Origin: Methanomassiliicoccales archaeon
GTDB lineage: Archaea > Thermoplasmatota > Thermoplasmata > Methanomassiliicoccales > JACIVX01
NCBI GenBank assembly: GCA_028682925.1
Contig: JAJRAG010000045.1
Coordinates: 1-32,902, forward strand
Direction: 5' to 3'
DNA: 32,902 nucleotides
Numbering within the stretch: position 1 is the first letter of the stretch; each line of letters starts with the position of its first letter. The notes under the pieces are model-generated. The model saw only the letters and a program-made list of their open reading frames with translations. It did not search any database and was not told where the DNA came from. Of the stretch, positions 25,868 through 32,902 are shown in pieces. The position numbers and the translations under genes were made by a program.

Positions 25868-27649
25868 ATGATGCAGGAAGCTGAAGCAGGGAAGATGACT
25901 GAAGGGGACCAGTCTAACGATGCAGATGAAGTCTCATCGAAAGCATTGGTCGATGATTTCCAGAGCGAATCCAAGGCCACCAACAGGCTTAGAGACTCCT
26001 ACTTGAAATTCCTTCGAAGGGTCGCGCCGAACAGGGCGTCCAGAGTCAGACTTCCTGTGGGGGAGATAGCTCAGAGAGTCGAGTGGTCAAAAGGGAGAGG
26101 TTCTCTCATCACTGAGATCCCGAAGATCGAGAATCCTTCCATCGAGGTCGCTGATATCTATCCCGTTGTGGAGCCTTACAGTTTTGTCCGCGTGACTTTC
26201 AACAAAGAAACGAGCGAATACATTCTCGAGATGATAGAGCCGGCGCTGACTGAGAAGGAGGAGAAGCTACTCAACCTGATAAAGGACACCATGAAGAGAA
26301 CACTTGGATATGAATGGGACAAACTCACACAGCTCGACAAGGGAGAGTATCTCACGGAGAGCGTCGAGAGCTATATCAAGAGCCGAGGGGTCAGGATTGA
26401 TCCTCTAGTACGGAAGAAGATAGGGTACTATATAGCCAGGGACTTTGTCGGATACGGTAAAGTCGACGCCCTCATAAGGGACGAGAACGTCGAGGACATC
26501 TCGTGCGATGGCGTCGGCATTCCTTTGTTCGTCTTCCACAGGAAGTATGAGAGCATCAAAACCAGTCTATCATTCAATGATGAAGATGCGCTCAACTCCT
26601 ACGTGGTTTCTCTTGGACAGAGATGCGGCAAGCAAATATCCGTGTCGAACCCGATCCTGGATGGTACCACTCCCGAAGGTCACCGTGTCCAAGCGACGTA
26701 TTCGAGGGAAGTGACGACCAGAGGATCGACATTCACCATAAGAAGGTTCAAGGAGAAGCCCTTCACTCCAGTGGAACTAGTCAAGTATGGCACCGCAAGC
26801 CCGGAGATGATCGCGTACTTCTGGCTTGGCGTCGAGAACGGGGAGTCCGCAATCATTGCTGGTGGGACCGCCAGCGGCAAGACGGCCACGCTGAACTCGA
26901 TCGCGTTGTTCATACCTCCGGGGGCGAAAATCGTCACTATGGAAGACACGAGAGAGATCAACCTTCCGCACGATAACTGGATACCAGGAGCGACAAGGAC
27001 CGGGGTCGGGGAGCGTGACGCGAGCGGTAGAATGGCTGGGGAAATCGATATGTACGATCTTGTCAGGGCCTCTCTAAGACAGCGTCCCAACTACATCATC
27101 GTCGGCGAGGTCAGAGGCAAAGAGACATACATCATGTTCCAGGCGATGGCCACCGGTCACACGACATACTCCACAATGCACGCAGACTCAGTGAAGTCGA
27201 TGGTCAACAGGCTCGAGAACCCTCCGATCAACTGCCCACGGATCCTGCTCACGGCGTTGAGAAACGTTATCATCCAGACGCACGCGAGAGTCGGGACCGA
27301 TCTTGTGAGGAGAATCAAGCAGGTAATCGAGATTGTCGGTTTCGAACCTGAGACCAACGAGCTGATCACTAACACCGTCTACGATTGGGACCAGGCCACT
27401 GACAGGTTCATCTACAAAGGTCACAGCTTCCTATTTGACAAGATTATGGAGATGAAAAGCCTCACGCACGATGAAATGATGGAGGAGTTCAACCGACGGA
27501 CGGACATTATCAAGTACATGGTACAGAAGGACATCACCGATCACAGGAAGATATGGGGCCTCATTAACAGCTATTATAAGGATCAGGAGAAAACGATAAA
27601 GAGGATACGTAGGGAGATGGAGGAGGGGGTGACACAAGTTGGCGCCTGA
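25868..27649 (+). CDS. Type II/IV secretion (VirB11/FlaI-like) pilus ATPase 1
   Basis: EDISCDG, FTIRRF, GGTASGKT, EDTRE, LRQRPNYIIVGEVRG, TGHTTYSTMHA. Confidence 0.95.
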   Translation: MMQEAEAGKMTEGDQSNDADEVSSKALVDDFQSESKATNRLRDSYLKFLRRVAPNRASRVRLPVGEIAQRVEWSKGRGSLITEIPKIENPSIEVADIYPVVEPYSFVRVTFNKETSEYILEMIEPALTEKEEKLLNLIKDTMKRTLGYEWDKLTQLDKGEYLTESVESYIKSRGVRIDPLVRKKIGYYIARDFVGYGKVDALIRDENVEDISCDGVGIPLFVFHRKYESIKTSLSFNDEDALNSYVVSLGQRCGKQISVSNPILDGTTPEGHRVQATYSREVTTRGSTFTIRRFKEKPFTPVELVKYGTASPEMIAYFWLGVENGESAIIAGGTASGKTATLNSIALFIPPGAKIVTMEDTREINLPHDNWIPGATRTGVGERDASGRMAGEIDMYDLVRASLRQRPNYIIVGEVRGKETYIMFQAMATGHTTYSTMHADSVKSMVNRLENPPINCPRILLTALRNVIIQTHARVGTDLVRRIKQVIEIVGFEPETNELITNTVYDWDQATDRFIYKGHSFLFDKIMEMKSLTHDEMMEEFNRRTDIIKYMVQKDITDHRKIWGLINSYYKDQEKTIKRIRREMEEGVTQVGA

Positions 27650-28679
27650 AGTCTCTGACATATTTGCGAGATTGGAGGCCTCGAAGAAATCGTATACGAA
27701 GACCAAGGGAGCGGAGGAGAGGCCCGATGTTGTAGGTCCTCATGTCGTGAAGCTTCCTCAGGGTGCAGTTCCAGATTACATCAAGCTGACGAAGTATCAG
27801 GAGTTCTGTTGGAGGACCCTCGAGTCGTTCGTGAAACTGAAGGCCAAACCTAACCCCAAACTCGAACAGAACCTCCTCCAGGCCCACATGAAGATGCGCA
27901 CCGAGGAGTATGTGTCTTATGTCTGGATGACGACCATACTGGCTGGTGCCATTGCGGCGGTCCTTGCCGTCCTCTTGGGCGGCATAATCCTGAGCTTCCT
28001 GCAAGTCGACGCCGCACTCGTCTTGGTAGGACTCGTGCTGATGGTGATCATACCCCCTGTGCTAGCCTACATGGTCCTTGTTTCCCGACCTGCTTCGGTG
28101 GCGAAGCGCAGAGGAAGAGACATTGACAAGAGAATCGGGGCCGCAATGAGCTTCATTTCTGCCATGGCTTCCGCGGATGTCAACGTCGATGTCATATTCA
28201 AAGAACTTTCAAGACAGAAGATATATGGTGAAATCAGAGACGAGGCAGAGTGGATCACGAGGGACACGGAGCTTCTCGGCATCGACATATTGACGGCCAT
28301 TAACAATGCGGCTCAGAGGACGCCATCCACTAGGTTCCAGGAATTCTTGCAGGGTGTGGTCACGACCTCCACTTCTGGCGGTCAGCTCAAGCCCTATTTC
28401 CTGCAGAAAGCGGAGCAGTTCGAAAAGGAGGGGAAGCTCGAGATGCGTTCTCAGCTCGAGACACTTGGCCTGATGGCCGAGTCTTTCGTCACGGTCGTCG
28501 TCGCATTCCCTCTGTTCCTTGTCGTGATCATGGCGATAATGGCAATCGTCCCAGGTGGAGGGGGATCATCAGACATGACCATTATCCTACTCTATGCTGT
28601 GGTCGGACTTATGATTCCAATCTCCCAGTTCGGATTCATCTTCTTCATCTGGAACATTACTAAGGAGGCCAGCCTATGA
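27639..28679 (+). CDS. TadC/FlaJ-like (T2SS F family) platform membrane protein 1
   Basis: TM-cytoplasmic domain-TM layout, LGIDILTAI..TPS..FQEFLQG; TTG start after GGGGGTGA. Confidence 0.92.
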   Translation: MAPEVSDIFARLEASKKSYTKTKGAEERPDVVGPHVVKLPQGAVPDYIKLTKYQEFCWRTLESFVKLKAKPNPKLEQNLLQAHMKMRTEEYVSYVWMTTILAGAIAAVLAVLLGGIILSFLQVDAALVLVGLVLMVIIPPVLAYMVLVSRPASVAKRRGRDIDKRIGAAMSFISAMASADVNVDVIFKELSRQKIYGEIRDEAEWITRDTELLGIDILTAINNAAQRTPSTRFQEFLQGVVTTSTSGGQLKPYFLQKAEQFEKEGKLEMRSQLETLGLMAESFVTVVVAFPLFLVVIMAIMAIVPGGGGSSDMTIILLYAVVGLMIPISQFGFIFFIWNITKEASL

Positions 28680-28691
28680 GGGGTGATTTGG

Positions 28692-29636
28692 ATGGCTAGA
28701 AAGGGGAAAGGGAAGAAGAAGAAAGAAGACAAGAAGGGGCGAATCCTAGACATAAGCCAGATCAGGACTAGAAAGAGCGACTACGGCAGGACCATCCTTT
28801 TGGTGGGCTTGGTCATCGCGATTATATTGTTCTTCATGGGATTCCTGGAAGCCATTGGCGGACTGAAGACTGGTCTCAAATGGATAGACTTCGTAGCCTT
28901 CGGCCTGATGGCAATCAGTGGACCATACGGCTTCTACATGTCCTATCGTCACAAGAAGATAAAGGAGATAGAGTCTAGACTGCCGGACTTCCTCAGAGAT
29001 GTGGCGGAGGCTGGACGATTCGGAATGACATTGGCCGAAGCGGTCAAAGTCTCATCCAGAGGCAGATATGGCAAGCTGACGCCTGAGATAAAGAGGATGG
29101 CTGCTCAGATTGACTGGGGGGTGCCAGCAGCCGACGCGATGCGTCTGTTTACCGAAAGAGTGAACACTCCCCTTGTGAACAGAATGATGTCGATCATCAT
29201 CAAAGCGAACGACGCCGGCGGAAGCGTAGCAGATGTCCTTACAATGGTCGCCCACGACGCAAGGGAGGCGATGCTCAACGAGAACGACAGGAAGATCTCG
29301 ATGTCGACCTACATGGTGGTCACCTACATCGCGTTCATGGTGTTCATCGCGACGATATTCATCCTGAACTCGACTTTCCTGCCCAAGATGGCGGAAGCAG
29401 GCCAACAAGTCGCAAAGGGCGCCGAAGCGGCTGGAATAACGAACATGCCAGCGACGATACAGACCGAAATCATTCCTCAGGTGCAATTGATATTCATTAT
29501 CGCGGTGGTTATACACGCTTTCGGCGATGGCATCCTTGCTGGTGTACTTCAGGACGGTAGAATCACGAACGGACTACGGCACAGCTTCATCATGTTGGTG
29601 ATCGGCTTCATCGGAACAAGAGTAATAGGAGGATGA
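28692..29636 (+). CDS. TadC/FlaJ-like (T2SS F family) platform membrane protein 2
   Basis: LPDFLRDVAEAGRFGMTL, YGKLTPEI, AGGSVADVL. Start at ATG 28692 after GAGGGGTGA. Confidence 0.92.
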   Translation: MARKGKGKKKKEDKKGRILDISQIRTRKSDYGRTILLVGLVIAIILFFMGFLEAIGGLKTGLKWIDFVAFGLMAISGPYGFYMSYRHKKIKEIESRLPDFLRDVAEAGRFGMTLAEAVKVSSRGRYGKLTPEIKRMAAQIDWGVPAADAMRLFTERVNTPLVNRMMSIIIKANDAGGSVADVLTMVAHDAREAMLNENDRKISMSTYMVVTYIAFMVFIATIFILNSTFLPKMAEAGQQVAKGAEAAGITNMPATIQTEIIPQVQLIFIIAVVIHAFGDGILAGVLQDGRITNGLRHSFIMLVIGFIGTRVIGG

Positions 29637-29642
29637 TAGAGA

Positions 29643-31334
29643 ATGACAGACGCCGAGAGAATGGAAGAACCTCTTCCTGAGGAGAGAGTTGAGAAAGACA
29701 TCAAGGAGAAGAGGTCAGGCGGCGGATTGTCAAATAGATACCTTTCATTCCTGCTCAAATTGAAGAGCAAGCCGATGAAGATCATGATCCCAACAGAGGT
29801 CAGCAAAGGACCGCTTGACGTCATAACAGAGATTCCCAAGATCTCGGACGCCGGAGTCGATGAGGTAGAGATCTCGAGAATCACTGACCCTTACTCATTC
29901 GTAAGAATAAAGTACGACAATGTCGGGGGAGAGTACCTCTATGAAGTCATCGAGCCGAACCTGTCCGGTGACGAGCGCAACCTTCTAGAGCTGCTGAAAG
30001 ACGCCCTCATTATGACATTGAACCTGGCAGAGATCGAGTCCAAAGCGCAGAAGGAGGAGATCCTGAACAAGGCAACGGACGCGCTCATGAAGACGTTCGG
30101 TGTGACGCTCCACCCGATCTCAAAGGACAGGATCATGTACTTCATTCGGAGAGACTTCATTGGATATGGGGCAATCGATGTCATGATGAACGACCCGAAC
30201 GTTGAGGACTGCTCTTGCGATGGGGTCGATATTCCACTCTACATATACCATAGGAAATACGGATCGATCAGGTCAAACATCAGATTCGTAAAGGAGGTCG
30301 AGCTTGATGCGTTCGTCGTCTGGCTAGCACAGAAGTGCGGAAAGCACATATCGGTCGCTGACCCGCTGCTTGACGCTACCATACCAGACGGATCGAGGCT
30401 CAATGCGACCCTTGGTAAGTACGTCACCAAGAGGGGGTCGTCCTTCACGATAAGACGCTTCAAGGAGAACCCGTTCACTCCTATCGATCTATTGAAGTTC
30501 AGAACGATGAGCACTGACATGATGGCCTACCTTTGGATCGCCACTGAGTACGGAAGCTCGATGCTCGTCTGCGGAGGTACGGCAAGCGGCAAGACGACGA
30601 CCCTGAACGCTGTCCTCCTTTTCATACCACCACAAATGAAGATAGTCAGCATTGAGGACACCAGGGAGCTCAACCTACCCCACGAGAACTGGATCCCCTC
30701 GCTCACAAGGGAGGGTTTCGGAGGGAGGGGGAGCAACAAGACCGGGACCATAGACATGTTCGAGTTGCTGACGACCGCTCTGAGACAGAGACCACAATAC
30801 CTGATGGTCGGAGAGGTCAGAGGCAAGGAGGCATATGTCGTCTTCCAGGCGATGGCGACCGGCAAGACCGCCTATTCGACCTTCCATGCAGAGGACGTTC
30901 AAGCGATGGTGCATAGGATGGAGAACGACCCGATCAATCTTCCCAGAGCACTGATGACAGCGTTGGACATCGTGCTTCTACAAGCGCAGGTGAAGGTCGG
31001 CACCAAAATGACAAGGAGGGTCAAGTCCCTCACAGAGATCGTCGGAATGGATCCGGAGACGGGGGAGCTTATCACGAATGCGGTTCACACTTGGAACCCC
31101 GCAGACGACACTTTCAACTTCAGCGGGCATTCGTATGTGTTCGAGAAGGTTAGAACGATAAGGAACTGGTCACCCAGGGAGATGGAACGCGAGGTCAAGC
31201 GGAGGGTCGACATCCTAGATTACATGAAGAAGATTGGTGTCGACAACTACAAACAGGTCGCGAGCATAATCTCAGCCTACTACAAGGACCCTGAGAAGGT
31301 CATCAAAGAGATCAGGGAGAAATTGACTGAGTAG
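29643..31334 (+). CDS. Type II/IV secretion (VirB11/FlaI-like) pilus ATPase 2
   Basis: EDCSCDG, FTIRRF, GGTASGKTT, EDTRE, LRQRPQYLMVGEVRG, TGKTAYSTFHA. Confidence 0.95.
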   Translation: MTDAERMEEPLPEERVEKDIKEKRSGGGLSNRYLSFLLKLKSKPMKIMIPTEVSKGPLDVITEIPKISDAGVDEVEISRITDPYSFVRIKYDNVGGEYLYEVIEPNLSGDERNLLELLKDALIMTLNLAEIESKAQKEEILNKATDALMKTFGVTLHPISKDRIMYFIRRDFIGYGAIDVMMNDPNVEDCSCDGVDIPLYIYHRKYGSIRSNIRFVKEVELDAFVVWLAQKCGKHISVADPLLDATIPDGSRLNATLGKYVTKRGSSFTIRRFKENPFTPIDLLKFRTMSTDMMAYLWIATEYGSSMLVCGGTASGKTTTLNAVLLFIPPQMKIVSIEDTRELNLPHENWIPSLTREGFGGRGSNKTGTIDMFELLTTALRQRPQYLMVGEVRGKEAYVVFQAMATGKTAYSTFHAEDVQAMVHRMENDPINLPRALMTALDIVLLQAQVKVGTKMTRRVKSLTEIVGMDPETGELITNAVHTWNPADDTFNFSGHSYVFEKVRTIRNWSPREMEREVKRRVDILDYMKKIGVDNYKQVASIISAYYKDPEKVIKEIREKLTE

Positions 31335-31491
31335 GACCCGAAGTCCTACCGGATCTATTTCATCTTTCGATGATCCAGGTCCATCATCTTGACCCTCGCC
31401 TCCGATCACCTGGATTTCGTTCATAATGCCAGGCTTTTTGACTGAAATGGGCCTTGAAAAGGGTTGATATGAAGAATCGGAATCCTATCTA

Positions 31492-31542
31492 GACAAAAGA
31501 GATAAAGAACAAAGAAAAGGAGAAAAGGGAATTAGGGTTTGC
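31492..31542 (-). terminator. Oligo-pyrimidine terminator after the CARDB/zinc-ribbon gene
   Basis: Minus strand GCAAACCCTAATTCCCTTTTCTCCTTTTCTTTGTTCTTTATCTCTTTTGTC after tandem TAG TAG; same CAAACCC..CCCTT style as the aor terminator. Confidence 0.7.
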
Positions 31543-31547
31543 TTCTA

Positions 31548-32902
31548 CTAGGGTGTTTCCTCACCCTCATTCGATCCTGCTTCCGGAGGTTCTGTTTGCT
31601 CGGGAGGTTTCTCTTCCGCAGCTGTCTCCTCAGGTTTCTTCAAAACCTTCTTCTCGACCGGTCTCTTTACGATCCTCCTCAGCCGTGGCTTGCCCTCCTC
31701 TGCGGCCTCTTCCTTCAGGGTCTCCTGCATCGTCTCGAAGACGGTACCGCACTTGTGGCAGACCTTTGAGCCTCTGGGGTTGAGCGTACCGCAGACAGGA
31801 CAAGCGAAAGCGCCGAGCTTCCGGCGTTCCTCCTCTTGGGAAAGCCACTTCTCGAAGGTGATGTAGCTGGGCTGCTTCTTCCACCAGTCTGAGAACTTCG
31901 CCTCGGAGAACTTCTTCCCGAGGACTTCCTTGGCCTGCTCCCTGTATCCGTCCAAGAACTGCTGGTACTGCTCCCTCATCTTCTTCATGTACTCGTCCTC
32001 TTCTTCCGGAATCGGCCCAGTTACGAATTTCGCACCGCACTCCGGACACTCAGTTGAGTTCGCAGGTATCCAAGCCGCGCATTCGCTGCACTTCGCAGTG
32101 CCCGTCTCGAACTGCACGCCGCACTTCGGGCAGCGCTTCGAGGCCTCGGGTATGAGGGAACCGCACTCGCCGCACTCAACCATCTTCCCAAGTCCGTACT
32201 TGTACAAGTATAGCGAGAAGAATATGATGATCGCGGCGACTATGGCGATAATGATCGCATAGATCCACCAATCGGTCGGAGTCTCCACAAATCCTCTGCT
32301 CACGGTTATGTCCTGGGTGTGGCTGAACGTCTGATCCCCAATCTGGACTGTGACTCGAATCTTGTAGTCTCCTTCCTCTCCCAGAGGGATGTACTTGGAG
32401 GACTGGAAACTACCAGATGCTGTGGTCAGCGCAGTCGAGTTGGCACCGATTACACTACCGGACGCGCTCACGAGACTGATCCACGCAGATCTGCCTATGA
32501 GTGGGTCGCCACTAATCTCATTCGTCACAGTGCCACCAACCACGATGTCTGTGCCGGCCTTGTAGTCGAACACACCGCCCAGATCGATGACGATGAGGGG
32601 GTTTGGCACGTTGACACGGAACTGCATTGTAATCTCATTGTTGGAGTAGTTTCCTTCTCCTGCCCCAATATCTCCGAGCAGACTCGCTCTCATCGTCAGG
32701 TTGAACCATCCGAAGCTTGTGGTATTGACCACCCAGGTCAGGTTCGCAGTCACCGTAGCATTGGCGGCAATGTCGGTCGTGACCGTTCCAATGTTCCTGA
32801 TCATGCCTTCGGAGTTCGTGATGTCAAAAGCCACAACGACATCCATCGCGGACGTGTACCCATCGTTCTTGACCTGAGCTCCTATGACAATGGATTCACC
32901 GA
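31548..32902 (-). CDS. Large membrane-anchored protein, 5'-truncated by the window: CARDB/Ig-like ectodomain, one TM, cytoplasmic zinc ribbons
   Basis: Frame is open to the window edge (GESIVIGAQVKNDG..YSNNEIT is CARDB-like); TM WWIYAIIIAIVAAIIIFFSLYLY; three CxxC..CxxC ribbons; acidic tail. Confidence 0.88.
   Translation of the reverse strand, partial: GESIVIGAQVKNDGYTSAMDVVVAFDITNSEGMIRNIGTVTTDIAANATVTANLTWVVNTTSFGWFNLTMRASLLGDIGAGEGNYSNNEITMQFRVNVPNPLIVIDLGGVFDYKAGTDIVVGGTVTNEISGDPLIGRSAWISLVSASGSVIGANSTALTTASGSFQSSKYIPLGEEGDYKIRVTVQIGDQTFSHTQDITVSRGFVETPTDWWIYAIIIAIVAAIIIFFSLYLYKYGLGKMVECGECGSLIPEASKRCPKCGVQFETGTAKCSECAAWIPANSTECPECGAKFVTGPIPEEEDEYMKKMREQYQQFLDGYREQAKEVLGKKFSEAKFSDWWKKQPSYITFEKWLSQEEERRKLGAFACPVCGTLNPRGSKVCHKCGTVFETMQETLKEEAAEEGKPRLRRIVKRPVEKKVLKKPEETAAEEKPPEQTEPPEAGSNEGEETP

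Noticed and set aside
25851..25903. Possible C/D-box sRNA (ATGATGA ... CTGA)
   Set aside because: No properly spaced D'/C' boxes; the motif is explained by tandem stop codons and the ATPase start region.
24944..31334. Archaellum operon
   Set aside because: No archaellin-type N-terminus and no arlF/G/H in the operon; two short TadC-like genes fit a pilus system.
1..32902. CRISPR arrays, rRNA, transposases or integrases
   Set aside because: No regularly spaced direct repeats or matching protein motifs were seen.

Overview
Archaeal chromosomal segment (about 52% GC by eye, GGTGA/GGAGG ribosome-binding sites, intron-containing tRNA, oligo-pyrimidine terminators). Gene content points to Thermoplasmatota, probably Methanomassiliicoccales-like; this is inferred, not searched. 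The left 9 kb looks accessory: a Bcr/CflA MFS gene frameshifted in an (AG)5 run, a Rieske-glutaredoxin-FTR catalytic subunit-Rieske operon, a YdeI-like gene, an unlisted Cys-rich micro-ORF, a nitrilase, an ABC exporter, xth and small Cys/Zn proteins. The middle holds a tungsten-type aldehyde:ferredoxin oxidoreductase divergent from ferritin-like and HdrD/GlpC-like genes, then Lhr, an FAH hydrolase, rlmE, purM, DUF531, a deoxyhypusine synthase-family gene, a coiled-coil/degenerate KaiC protein, a SecB-like protein and tRNA-Phe with a 20-nt intron. The right part is a type IV pilus operon with two ATPases and two TadC-like proteins, plus a partial CARDB/zinc-ribbon membrane protein. Best novelty candidate: the ~175-nt 5' leader of aor, which folds into a multi-helix RNA with strand-specific G-U pairs and carries an alternative anti-Shine-Dalgarno pairing, i.e. 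a riboswitch-like element. No CRISPR array, rRNA or transposase was seen.
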